Assembly: GCA_964016885.1 (NCBI GenBank)
Contig: OZ024745.1
Span: 64,356,001 to 64,420,000, forward strand
From: Eledone cirrhosa
Lineage: Eukaryota
Length of the DNA: 64,000 nucleotides
Direction: 5' to 3'
Below the pieces are notes generated by a model. That model worked only from the letters and a program-made list of their open reading frames with translations. It did no database searches and was not told the origin of the DNA. Position 1 is the stretch's first letter; every line of letters begins with the position of its first letter. The position numbers and the translations under genes are program-made. Positions 14,560 to 29,300 of the stretch are shown here, in pieces.

Positions 14560-17500
14560 TAAAAAATGGATCCCCCAAATAAAAAATGGATCACCCAAAT
14601 AAAAAATGTATACCATAAATAAAAAATGGATCACCCAAATAAAAAATGGATCACCCAAATATAAAATGGATCCCTCAAATAAAAAATGGATCACCCAAAT
14701 AAAAAATGTATCACCCAAATAAAAAATGGATGCCCCAAATAAAAAATGGATCACCCAAATAAAAAATGGATCACCCAAATAAAAAATGGATCCCCCAAAT
14801 AAAAAATGGATCACCCAAATAAAAAATGGATCACCGAAATAAAAAATGGATCCGCCAAATAAAAAATGGATCCCCCAAATAAAAAATGGATCACCCAAAT
14901 AAAAAATGGATCACCCAAATAAAAAATGGATCACCCAAATAAAAAATGGATCACCCAAATAAAAAATGGATCCCCCAAATAAAAAATGGATCACCCAAAT
15001 AAAAAATGGATCCCCCAAATAAAAAATGGATCACCCAAATAAAAAATGGATCACCCAAATGAAAAATGGATCCCCCAAATAAAAAATGGATCCCCCAAAT
15101 AAAAAATGGATCCCCCAAATAAAAAATGGATCCCCCAAATAAAAAATGGATCCTCCAAATAAAAAATGGATCACCCAAATAAAAAATGGATCCACCAAAT
15201 AAAAAATGGATCCCCCAAATAAAAAATGGATCCCCCAAATAAAAAATGGATCCCCCAAATAAAAAATGGATACCCCAAATAAAAAATGGATCCCCCAAAT
15301 AAAAAATGGATCCCCCAAATAAAAAATGGATCACCCAAATAAAAAATGTATACCATAAATAAAAAATGGATCACCCAAATAAAAAATGGATCACCCAAAT
15401 ATAAAATGGATCCCTCAAATAAAAAATGGATCACCCATATAAAAAGTGAATCCCCCAAATAAAAAATGGACCCCCCATAAAAAATCGGTGAACCCAAATA
15501 AAAAACGGACCCCCCCATAAAAAAACGGGGCACCCAAATAAAAAACGGACCCCCCATAAAAAAACGGGGTACACAAATGAAAAACGCCCTCCCCCATAAA
15601 AAAACGGGGCACCCAAATAAAAAACGGGGTACCCAAATAAAAAACGGACCCCCCATAAAAAAACGGGGCACCCAAATAAAAAACGGGGTACCCAAATAAA
15701 TAACGGACCCCCCCATAAAAAAACGAGGCACCCAAATAAAAAACGGGGTACCCAAATAAAAAACGGGGCACCCAAATAAAAAACGGGGCACACTAATAAA
15801 AAACGGATCCCCCAAATAAAAAATGGATCCCCCAAATAAAAAATGGATCACCCAAATAAAAAATGTATACCATAAATAAAAAATGGATCACCCAAATAAA
15901 AAATGGATCACCCAAATATAAAATGGATCCCTCAAATAAAAAATGGATCACCTAAATAAAAAATGTATCACCCAAATAAAAAATGGATGCCCCAAATAAA
16001 AAATGGATCACCCAAAAAAAAAATGGATCACCCAAATAAAAAATGGATCCCCCAAATAAAAAATGGATCACCCAAATAAAAAATGGATCACCGAAATAAA
16101 AAATGGATCCGCCAAATAAAAAATGGATCCCCCAAATAAAAAATGGATAACCCAAATAAAAAATGGATTCCCCAAATAAAAAATGGATCACCCAAATAAA
16201 AAATTGATCACCCAAATAAAAAATGGATCACCCAAATAAAAAATGGATCCCCCAAATAAAAAATGGATCACCCATATAAAAAGTGAATCCCCCAAATAAA
16301 AAATGGACCCCCCATAAAAAATCGGTGAACCCAAATAAAAAACGGACCCCCCCATAAAAAAACGGGGCACCCAAATATAAAACGGACCCCCCATAAAAAA
16401 ACGGGGTACACAAATGAAAAACGCCCTCCCCCATAAAAAAACGGGGCACCCAAATAAAAAACGGGGTACCCAAATAAAAAACGGACCCCCCCATAAAAAA
16501 ACGGTGCACCCAAATAAAAAACGGGGTACCCAAATAAATAACGGACCCCCCCATAAAAAAACGAGGCACCCAAATAAAAAACGGGGTACCCAAATAAAAA
16601 ACGGGGCACCCAAATAAAAAACGGGGCACACTAATAAAAAATGGATCCCCCGAATAAAAAATGGATCCCCCAAATAAAAAATGGATCACCCAAATAAAAA
16701 ATGTATACCATAAATAAAAAATGGATCACCCAAATAAAAAATGGATCACCCAAATATAAAATGGATCCCTCAAATAAAAAATGGATCACCCAAATAAAAA
16801 ATGTATCACCCAAATAAAAAATGGATGCCCCAAATAAAAAATGGATCACCCAAATAAAAAATGGATCACCCAAATAAAAAATGGATCCCCCAAATAAAAA
16901 ATGGATCACCCAAATAAAAAATGGATCACCGAAATAAAAAATGGATCCGCCAAATAAAAAATGGATCCCCCAAATAAAAATTGGATCACCCAAATAAAAA
17001 ATGGATCACCCAAATAAAAAATGGATCACCCAAATAAAAAATGGATCACCCAAATAAAAAATGGATCCCCCAAATAAAAAATGGATCACCCAAATAAAAA
17101 ATGGATCCCCCAAATAAAAAATGGATCACCCAAATAAAAAATGGATCACCCAAATGAAAAATGGATCCCCCAAATAAAAAATGGATCCCCCAAATAAAAA
17201 ATGGATCCCCCAAATAAAAAATGGATCCCCCAAATAAAAAATGGATCCTCCAAATAAAAAATGGATCACCCAAATAAAAAATGGATCCACCAAATAAAAA
17301 ATGGATCCCCCAAATAAAAAATGGATCCCCCAAATAAAAAATGGATCCCCCAAATAAAAAATGGATCCCCCAAATAAAAAATGGATACCCCAAATAAAAA
17401 ATGGATCCCCCAAATAAAAAATGGATCCCCCAAATAAAAAATGGATCACCCAAATAAAAAATGTATACCATAAATAAAAAATGGATCACCCAAATAAAAA

Positions 17501-20500
17501 ATGGATCACCCAAATATAAAATGGATCCCTCAAATAAAAAATGGGTCACCCAAATAAAAAATGTATCACCCAAATAAAAAATGGATGCCCCAAATAAAAA
17601 ATGGATCACCCAAATAAAAAATGGATCACCCAAATAAAAAAGGGATCCCCCAAATAAAAAATGGATCACCCAAATAAAAAATGGATCACCCAAATAAAAA
17701 ATGGATCCGCCAAATAAAAAATGGATCCCCCAAATAAAAAATGGATCACCCAAATAAAAAATGGATCACCCAAATAAAAAATGGATCACCCAAATAAAAA
17801 ATGGATCACCCAAATAAAAAATGGATCCCCCAAATAAAAAATGGATCACCCAAATAAAAAATGGATCCCCCAAATAAAAAATGAATCACCCAAATAAAAA
17901 ATGGATCACCCAAATGAAAAATGGATCCCCCAAATAAAAAATGGATCCCCCAAATAAAAAATGGATCCCCCAAATAAAAAATGGATCCCCCAAATAAAAA
18001 ATGGATCCTCCAAATAAAAAATGGATCACCCAAATAAAAAATGGATCCACCAAATAAAAAATGGATCCCCCAAATACAAAATGGATCCCCCAAATAAAAA
18101 ATGGATCCCCCAAATAAAAAATGGATCACCCAAATAAAAAATGGATCCCCCAAATAAAAAATGGACCCCCCATAAAAAATCGGTGAACCCAAATAAAAAA
18201 CGGACCCCCCCATAAAAAAACGGGGCACCCAAATAAAAAACGGACCCCCCATAAAAAAACGGGGTACACAAATGAAAAACGCCCTCCCCCATAAAAAAAC
18301 GGGGCACCCAAATAAAAAACGGGGTACCCAAATAAAAAACGGACCCCCCATAAAAAAACGGGGCACCCAAATAAAAAACGGGGTACCCAAATAAATAACG
18401 GACCCCCCCATAAAAAAACGAGGCACCCAAATAAAAAACGGGGTACCCAAATAAAAAACGGGGCACCCAAATAAAAAACGGGGCACACTAATAAAAAACG
18501 GATCCCCCAAATAAAAAATGGATCCCCCAAATAAAAAATGGATCACCCAAATAAAAAATGTATACCATAAATAAAAAATGGATCACCCAAATAAAAAATG
18601 GATCACCCAAATATAAAATGGATCCCTCAAATAAAAAATGGATCACCCAAATAAAAAATGTATCACCCAAATAAAAAATGGATGCCCCAAATAAAAAATG
18701 GATCACCCAAATAAAAAATGGATCACCCAAATAAAAAATGGATCCCCCAAATAAAAAATGGATCACCCAAATAAAAAATGGATCACCGAAATAAAAAATG
18801 GATCCGCCAAATAAAAAATGGATCCCCCAAATAAAAAATGGATCACCCAAATAAAAAATGGATCACCCAAATAAAAAATGGATCACCCAAATAAAAAATG
18901 GATCACCCAAATAAAAAATGGATCCCCCAAATAAAAAATGGATCACCCAAATAAAAAATGGATCCCCCAAATAAAAAATGGATCACCCAAATAAAAAATG
19001 GATCACCCAAATGAAAAATGGATCCCCCAAATAAAAAATGGATCCCCCAAATAAAAAATGGATCCCCCAAATAAAAAATGGATCCCCCAAATAAAAAATG
19101 GATCCTCCAAATAAAAAATGGATCACCCAAATAAAAAATGGATCCACCAAATAAAAAATGGATCCCCCAAATAAAAAATGGATCCCCCAAATAAAAAATG
19201 GATCCCCCAAATAAAAAATGGATACCCCAAATAAAAAATGGATCCCCCAAATAAAAAATGGATCCCCCAAATAAAAAATGGATCACCCAAATAAAAAATG
19301 TATACCATAAATAAAAAATGGATCACCCAAATAAAAAATGGATCACCCAAATATAAAATGGATCCCTCAAATAAAAAATGGATCACCCATATAAAAAGTG
19401 AATCCCCCAAATAAAAAATGGACCCCCCATAAAAAATCGGTGAACCCAAATAAAAAACGGACCCCCCCATAAAAAAACGGGGCACCCAAATAAAAAACGG
19501 ACCCCCCATAAAAAAACGGGGTACACAAATGAAAAACGCCCTCCCCCATAAAAAAACGGGGCACCCAAATAAAAAACGGGGTACCCAAATAAAAAACGGA
19601 CCCCCCATAAAAAAACGGGGCACCCAAATAAAAAACGGGGTACCCAAATAAATAACGGACCACCCCATAAAAAAACGAGGCACCCAAATAAAAAACGGGG
19701 TACCCAAATAAAAAACGGGGCACCCAAATAAAAAACGGGGCACACTAATAAAAAACGGATCCCCCAAATAAAAAATGGATCCCCCAAATAAAAAATGGAT
19801 CACCCAAATAAAAAATGTATACCATAAATAAAAAATGGATCACCCAAATAAAAAATGGATCACCCAAATATAAAATGGATCCCTCAAATAAAAAATGGAT
19901 CACCCAAATAAAAAATGTATCACCCAAATAAAAAATGGATGCCCCAAATAAAAAATGGATCACCCAAATAAAAAATGGATCACCCAAATAAAAAATGGAT
20001 CCCCCAAATAAAAAATGGATCACCCAAATAAAAAATGGATCACCGAAATAAAAAATGGATCCGCCAAATAAAAAATGGATCCCCCAAATAAAAAATGGAT
20101 AACCCAAATAAAAAATGGATTCCCCAAATAAAAAATGGATCACCCAAATAAAAAATGGATCACCCAAATAAAAAATGGATCACCCAAATAAAAAATGGAT
20201 CCCCCAAATAAAAAATGGATCACCCATATAAAAAGTGAATCCCCCAAATAAAAAATGGACCCCCCATAAAAAATCGGTGAACCCAAATAAAAAACGGACC
20301 CCCCCATAAAAAAACGGGGCACCCAAATATAAAACGGACCCCCCATAAAAAAACGGGGTACACAAATGAAAAACGCCCTCCCCCATAAAAAAACGGGGCA
20401 CCCAAATAAAAAACGGGGTACCCAAATAAAAAACGGACCCCCCCATAAAAAAACGGTGCACCCAAATAAAAAACGGGGTACCCAAATAAATAACGGACCC

Positions 20501-22085
20501 CCCCATAAAAAAACGAGGCACCCAAATAAAAAACGGGGTACCCAAATAAAAAACGGGGCACCCAAATAAAAAACGGGGCACACTAATAAAAAATGGATCC
20601 CCCGAATAAAAAATGGATCCCCCAAATAAAAAATGGATCACCCAAATAAAAAATGTATACCATAAATAAAAAATGGATCACCCAAATAAAAAATGGATCA
20701 CCCAAATATAAAATGGATCCCTCAAATAAAAAATGGATCACCCAAATAAAAAATGTATCACCCAAATAAAAAATGGATGCCCCAAATAAAAAATGGATCA
20801 CCCAAATAAAAAATGGATCACCCAAATAAAAAATGGATCCCCCAAATAAAAAATGGATCACCCAAATAAAAAATGGATCACCGAAATAAAAAATGGATCC
20901 GCCAAATAAAAAATGGATCCCCCAAATAAAAATTGGATCACCCAAATAAAAAATGGATCACCCAAATAAAAAATGGATCACCCAAATAAAAAATGGATCA
21001 CCCAAATAAAAAATGGATCCCCCAAATAAAAAATGGATCACCCAAATAAAAAATGGATCCCCCAAATAAAAAATGGATCACCCAAATAAAAAATGGATCA
21101 CCCAAATGAAAAATGGATCCCCCAAATAAAAAATGGATCCCCCAAATAAAAAATGGATCCCCCAAATAAAAAATGGATCCCCCAAATAAAAAATGGATCC
21201 TCCAAATAAAAAATGGATCACCCAAATAAAAAATGGATCCACCAAATAAAAAATGGATCCCCCAAATAAAAAATGGATCCCCCAAATAAAAAATGGATCC
21301 CCCAAATAAAAAATGGATCCCCCAAATAAAAAATGGATACCCCAAATAAAAAATGGATCCCCCAAATAAAAAATGGATCCCCCAAATAAAAAATGGATCA
21401 CCCAAATAAAAAATGTATACCATAAATAAAAAATGGATCACCCAAATAAAAAATGGATCACCCAAATATAAAATGGATCCCTCAAATAAAAAATGGGTCA
21501 CCCAAATAAAAAATGTATCACCCAAATAAAAAATGGATGCCCCAAATAAAAAATGGATCACCCAAATAAAAAATGGATCACCCAAATAAAAAAGGGATCC
21601 CCCAAATAAAAAATGGATCACCCAAATAAAAAATGGATCACCCAAATAAAAAATGGATCCGCCAAATAAAAAATGGATCCCCCAAATAAAAAATGGATCA
21701 CCCAAATAAAAAATGGATCACCCAAATAAAAAATGGATCACCCAAATAAAAAATGGATCACCCAAATAAAAAATGGATCCCCCAAATAAAAAATGGATCA
21801 CCCAAATAAAAAATGGATCCCCCAAATAAAAAATGAATCACCCAAATAAAAAATGGATCACCCAAATGAAAAATGGATCCCCCAAATAAAAAATGGATCC
21901 CCCAAATAAAAAATGGATCCCACAAATAAAAAATGGATCCTCCAAATAAAAAATGGATCACCCAAATAAAAAATGGATCCACCAAATAAAAAATGGATCC
22001 CCCAAATACAAAATGGATCCCCCAAATAAAAAATGGATCCCCCAAATAAAAAATGGATCACCCAAATAAAAAATGGATCCCCCAA
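14560..22085 (+). repeat. Tandem duplication, period 3952 bp
   Basis: Marker TGTATACCATA at about 14607/18559. ORF pairs 14951/18903, 15171/19123, 16631/20583, 17046/20998. A few SNPs (e.g. about 15953, 16205, 19662). End points are approximate. Confidence 0.9.
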
Positions 22086-22554
22086 ATAAAAAATGGATCA
22101 CCCAAATAAAAAATGGATCCCCCAAGTAAAAAATGGATCACCCAAATAAAAAATGGATCACCCAATTAAAAAATGGATCTCCCAAATAAAAAATGGATCA
22201 CCCAAATAAAAAATGGATCCCCCAAATAAAAAATGGGTCACCCAAATAAAAAATGGATCACCCAAATAAAAAATGGATCCCCCAAATAAAAAATGGATCA
22301 CCCAAATAAAAAATGGATCCCCCAAATAAAAAATGGATCCCCTAAATAAAAAATGGATCACCCAAATTAAAAATGGATCCTCCAAATAAAAAATGGATCA
22401 CCCAAATAAAAAATGGATCACCCAAATAAAAAATGGATCCCCCAAATGAAAAATGGATCACCCAAATAAAAAATGGACCCCCAAAATAAAAAAATTGATC
22501 ACCCAAATAAAAAATGGATCACCCAAATAAAAAATGGATCCCCCAAATAAAAAA

Positions 22555-23148
22555 TGGATCACCCATATAAAAAATGAATCCCCCAAATAAAAAATGGACC
22601 TCCCCATAAAAAATCGGTGCACCCAAATAAAAAACGGACCCCTCCATAAAAAACGGGGCACCCAAATAAAAAACGGGGTACCCAAATAAAAAACGGACCA
22701 CCCCATAAAAAAACGGAGCACCCAAATAAAAAACAGGGTACCCAAATAAAAAACGGGACACCCAAATAAAAAAACGGACCCCCCCATAAAAAAACGGGGC
22801 ACCCAAATAAAAAACGGACCCCCCCATAAAAAAACGGGGCACCCAAATAAAAAACGGGGTACCCAAATAAAAAACGGACCCTCCCCCATATAAAAACGGG
22901 GCACCCAAATAAAAAACGGACCCCCCCATAAAAGAACGGGGCACCCAAATAAAAAACGGACCACCGCATAAAAAAACGGGGCACCCAAATAAAAAACGGA
23001 CCCCCCCATAAAAGAACGGGGCACCCAAATAAAAAACGGGGCACCCAAATAAATAACGGACCCCCCCATAAAAAAACGAGGCACCCAAATAAAAAACGGG
23101 GTACCCAAATAAAAAACGGGGCACCCAAATAAAAAACGGGGCACACTA
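22555..23148 (+). repeat. Representative long B cassette (B2, about 550 bp, up to about 1 kb in the flanks)
   Basis: Entry CCCATATAAAAAATGAATC, internal GGAGCACCC, CAGGGTACCC, GGACCCTCCCCCATATA, GGACCACCGCATA. Recurs at about 26690, 31350, 34670, 38165, 40085, 40945, 42825, 43690, 45570, 50605, 54700, 56920, 59925, 61885, and at 1230/6680. Confidence 0.85.
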
Positions 23149-23304
23149 ATAAAAAATGGATCCCCCAAATAAAAAATGGATCCCCCAAATAAAAAATGGA
23201 TCCCCCAAATAAAAAATGGATCACCCAAATAAAAAATGTATCCCATAAATAAAAAATGGATCCCCCAAATAAAAAATGGATCCCCAAAATAAAAAATGGA
23301 TCAC

Positions 23305-26300
23305 CCAAATAAAAAATGGATCACCCAAATAAAAAATGGATCCCCAAAATAAAAAATGGATCACCCATATAAAAAGTGAATCCCCCAAATAAAAAATGGA
23401 CCCCCCATAAAAAAACGGGGCACCCAAATAAAAAACGGACCCCCCCATAAAAAGACGGGGCACCCAAATAAAAAACGGACCCCCCATAAAAAAACGGGGT
23501 ACACAAATGAAAAACGCCCTCCCCCATAAAAAACGGGGCACCCAAATAAAAAACGGGGTACCCAAATAAAAAACGAACCCACCCATAAAAAAACGGGGCA
23601 CCCAAATAAAAAACGGGGTACCCAAATAAATAACGGACCCCCCCATAAAAAAACGAGGCACCCAAATAAAAAACGGGGTACCCAAATAAAAAACGGGGCA
23701 CCCAAATAAAAAACGGGGCACACTAATAAAAAATGGATCCCCCAAATAAAAAATGGATCCCCCAAATAAAAAATGGATCCCCCAAATAAAAAATGGATCA
23801 CCCAAATAAAAAATGGATCACCCAAATAAAAAATGTATCCCATAAATAAAAAATGGATCACCCAAATAAAAAATGGATCACCCAAATAAAAAATGGATGC
23901 CCCAAATAAAAAATGGATCACCCAAATAAAAAATGAATCACCCAAATATAAAATGGATCCCTCAAATAAAAATGGATCACCCAAATAAAAAATGAATCAC
24001 CCAAATAAAAAATGGATGCCCCAAATAAAAAATGGATCACCCAAATAAAAAATGGATCACCCAAATAAAAAATGGATCACCCAAATAAAAAATGGATCAC
24101 CCAAATAAAAAATGGATCCCCCAAATAAAAAATGGATCACCCATATAAAAAGTGAATCCCCCAAATAAAAAATGGACCCCCCATAAAAAATCGGTGAACC
24201 CAAATAAAAAACGGACCCCCCCATAAAAAAACGGGGCACCCAAATATAAAACGGACCCCCCATAAAAAAACGGGGTACACAAATGAAAAACGCCCTCCCC
24301 CATAAAAAACGGGGCACCCAAATAAAAAACGGGGTACCCAAATAAAAAACGGACCCCCCCATAAAAAAACGGGGCACCCAAATAAAAAACGGGGTACCCA
24401 AATAAATAACGGACCCCCCCATAAAAAAACGAGGCACCCAAATAAAAAACGGGGTACCCAAATAAAAAACGGGGCACCCAAATAAAAAACGGGGCACACT
24501 AATAAAAAATGGATCCCCCAAATAAAAAATGGATCCCCCAAATAAAAAATGGATCACCCAAATAAAAAATGTATACCATAAATAAAAAATGGATCACCCA
24601 AATAAAAAATGGATCACCCAAATATAAAATGGATCCCTCAAATAAAAAATGGATCACCCAAATAAAAAATGTATCACCCAAATAAAAAATGGATGCCCCA
24701 AATAAAAAATGGATCACCCAAATAAAAAATGGATCACCCAAATAAAAAATGGATCCGCCAAATAAAAAATGGATCCCCCAAATAAAAAATGGATCACCCA
24801 AATAAAAAATGGATCACCCAAATAAAAAATGGATCACCCAAATAAAAAATGGATCACCCAAATAAAAAATGGATCCCCCAAATAAAAAATGGATCACCCA
24901 AATAAAAAATGGATCCCCCAAATAAAAAATGGATCACCCAAATAAAAAATGGATCACCCAAATGAAAAATGGATCCCCCAAATAAAAAATGGATCCCCCA
25001 AATAAAAAATGGATCCCCCAAATAAAAAATGGATCCCCCAAATAAAAAATGGATCCTCCAAATAAAAAATGGATCACCCAAATAAAAAATGGATCCACCA
25101 AATAAAAAATGGATCCCCCAAATAAAAAATGGATCCCCCAAATAAAAAATGGATCACCCAAATAAAAAATGGATCACCCAAATGAAAAATGGATCCCCCA
25201 AATAAAAAATGGATCCCCCAAATAAAAAATGGATCCCCCAAATAAAAAATGGATCCCCCAAATAAAAAATGGATCCTCCAAATAAAAAATGGATCACCCA
25301 AATAAAAAATGGATCCACCAAATAAAAAATGGATCCCCCAAATAAAAAATGGATCCCCCAAATAAAAAATGGATCCCCCAAATAAAAAATGGATCCCCCA
25401 AATAAAAAATGGATACCCCAAATAAAAAATGGATCCCCCAAATAAAAAATGGATCCCCCAAATAAAAAATGGATCACCCAAATAAAAAATGTATACCATA
25501 AATAAAAAATGGATCACCCAAATAAAAAATGGATCACCCAAATATAAAATGGATCCCTCAAATAAAAAATGGGTCACCCAAATAAAAAATGTATCACCCA
25601 AATAAAAAATGGATGCCCCAAATAAAAAATGGATCACCCAAATAAAAAATGGATCACCCAAATAAAAAAGGGATCCCCCAAATAAAAAATGGATCACCCA
25701 AATAAAAAATGGATCACCCAAATAAAAAATGGATCCGCCAAATAAAAAATGGATCCCCCAAATAAAAAATGGATCACCCAAATAAAAAATGGATCACCCA
25801 AATAAAAAATGGATCACCCAAATAAAAAATGGATCACCCAAATAAAAAATGGATCCCCCAAATAAAAAATGGATCACGCAAATAAAAAATGGATCCCCCA
25901 AATAAAAAATGAATCACCCAAATAAAAAATGGATCACCCAAATGAAAAATGGATCCCCCAAATAAAAAATGGATCCCCCAAATAAAAAATGGATCCCCCA
26001 AATAAAAAATGGATCCCCCAAATAAAAAATGGATCCTCCAAATAAAAAATGGATCACCCAAATAAAAAATGGATCCACCAAATAAAAAATGGATCCCCCA
26101 AATACAAAATGGATCCCCCAAATAAAAAATGGATCCCCCAAATAAAAAATGGATCACCCAAATAAAAAATGGATCCCCCAAATAAAAAATGGATCACCCA
26201 AATAAAAAATGGATCCCCCAAGTAAAAAATGGATCACCCAAATAAAAAATGGATCACCCAATTAAAAAATGGATCTCCCAAATAAAAAATGGATCACCCA

Positions 26301-29300
26301 AATAAAAAATGGATCCCCCAAATAAAAAATGGGTCACCCAAATAAAAAATGGATCACCCAAATAAAAAATGGATCCCCCAAATAAAAAATGGATCACCCA
26401 AATAAAAAATGGATCACCCAAATAAAAAATGGATCCCCTAAATAAAAAATGGATCACCCAAATTAAAAATGGATCCTCCAAATAAAAAATGGATCACCCA
26501 AATAAAAAATGGATCACCCAAATAAAAAATGGATCCCCCAAATAAAAAATGGATCACCCAAATAAAAAATGGACCCCCAAAATAAAAAAATTGATCACCC
26601 AAATAAAAAATGGATCACCCAAATAAAAAATGGATCCCCCAAATAAAAAATGGATCACCCATATAAAAAATGAATCCCCCAAATAAAAAATGGACCTCCC
26701 CATAAAAAATTGGTGCACCCAAATAAAAAACGGACCCCTCCATTCAAAACGGGGCACCCAAATAAAAAACGGGGTACCCAAATAGAAAACGGACCACCCC
26801 ATAAAGAAACGGAGCACCCAAATAAAAAACAGGGTACCCAAATAAAAACCGGGACACCCAAATAAAAAAACGGACCCCCCCCCCATAAAAAAACGGGGCA
26901 CCCAAATAAAAAACGGACCCTCCCATAAAAAAACGGGGCACCCAAATAAAAAACGGGGTACCCAAATAAAAAACGGACCCTCCCCCATATAAAAACGGGG
27001 CACCCAAATAAAAAACGGACCCCCCCATAAAAGAACGGGGCACCCAAATAAAAAACGGACCACCGCATAAAAAAACGGGGCACCCAAATAAAAAACGGAC
27101 CCCCCCATAAAAGAACGGGGCACCCAAATAAAAAACGAGGCACCCAAATAAATAACGGACCCCCCATAAAAAAACGAGGCACCCAAATAAAAAACTGGGT
27201 ACCCAAATAAAAAACGGGGCACCCAAATAAAAAACGGGGCACACTAATAAAAAATGGATCCCCCAAATAAAAAATGGATCCCCCAAATAAAAAATGGATC
27301 CCCCAAATAAAAAATGGATCACCCAAATAAAAAATGTATCCCATAAATAAAAAATGGATCCCCCAAATAAAAAATGGATCCCCAAAATAAAAAATGGATC
27401 ACCCAAATAAAAAATGGATCACCCAAATAAAAAATGGATCCCCAAAATAAAAAATGGATCACCCATATAAAAAGTGAATCCCCCGAATAAAAAATGGACC
27501 CCCCATAAAAAATCGGTGCACCCAAATAAAAAACGGACCCCCCCATAAAAAGACGGGGCACCCAAATAAAAAACGAACCCCCCATAAAAGAACGGGGTAC
27601 ACAAATGAAAAACGCCCTCCCCCATAAAAAAACGGGGCACCCAAATAAAAAACGGGGTACCCAAATAAAAAACGAACCCACCCATAAAAAAACGGGGCAC
27701 CCAAATAAAAAACGGGGTACCCAAATAAATAACGGACCCCCCCATAAAAAAACGAGGCACCCAAATAAAAAACGGGGTACCCAAATAAAAAACGGGGCAC
27801 CCAAATAAAAAACGGGGCACACTAATAAAAAATGGATCCCCCAAATAAAAAATGGATCCCCCAAATAAAAAATGGATCACCCAAATAAAAAATGTATACC
27901 ATAAATAAAAAATGGATCACCCAAATAAAAAATGGATCACCCAAATATAAAATGGATCCCTCAAATAAAAAATGGATCACCCAAATAAAAAATGGATCCC
28001 CAAAATAAAAAATGGATCACCCATATAAAAAGTGAATCCCCCAAATAAAAAATGGACCCCCCATAAAAAAACGGGGCACCCAAATAAAAAACGGACCCCC
28101 CCATAAAAAGACGGGGCACCCAAATAAAAAACGGACCCCCCATAAAAAAACGGGGTACACAAATGAAAAACGCCCTCCCCCATAAAAAACGGGGCACCCA
28201 AATAAAAAACGGGGTACCCAAATAAAAAACGAACCCACCCATAAAAAAACGGGGCACCCAAATAAAAAACGGGGTACCCAAATAAATAACGGACCCCCCC
28301 ATAAAAAAACGAGGCACCCAAATAAAAAACGGGGTACCCAAATAAAAAACGGGGCACCCAAATAAAAAACGGGGCACACTAATAAAAAATGGATCCCCCA
28401 AATAAAAAATGGATCCCCCAAATAAAAAATGGATCCCCCAAATAAAAAATGGATCACCCAAATAAAAAATGGATCACCCAAATAAAAAATGTATCCCATA
28501 AATAAAAAATGGATCACCCAAATAAAAAATGGATCACCCAAATAAAAAATGGATGCCCCAAATAAAAAATGGATCACCCAAATAAAAAATGAATCACCCA
28601 AATATAAAATGGATCCCTCAAATAAAAATGGATCACCCAAATAAAAAATGAATCACCCAAATAAAAAATGGATGCCCCAAATAAAAAATGGATCACCCAA
28701 ATAAAAAATGGATCACCCAAATAAAAAATGGATCACCCAAATAAAAAATGGATCACCCAAATAAAAAATGGATCCCCCAAATAAAAAATGGATCACCCAT
28801 ATAAAAAGTGAATCCCCCAAATAAAAAATGGACCCCCCATAAAAAATCGGTGAACCCAAATAAAAAACGGACCCCCCCATAAAAAAACGGGGCACCCAAA
28901 TATAAAACGGACCCCCCATAAAAAAACGGGGTACACAAATGAAAAACGCCCTCCCCCATAAAAAACGGGGCACCCAAATAAAAAACGGGGTACCCAAATA
29001 AAAAACGGACCCCCCCATAAAAAAACGGGGCACCCAAATAAAAAACGGGGTACCCAAATAAATAACGGACCCCCCCATAAAAAAACGAGGCACCCAAATA
29101 AAAAACGGGGTACCCAAATAAAAAACGGGGCACCCAAATAAAAAACGGGGCACACTAATAAAAAATGGATCCCCCAAATAAAAAATGGATCCCCCAAATA
29201 AAAAATGGATCACCCAAATAAAAAATGTATACCATAAATAAAAAATGGATCACCCAAATAAAAAATGGATCACCCAAATATAAAATGGATCCCTCAAATA

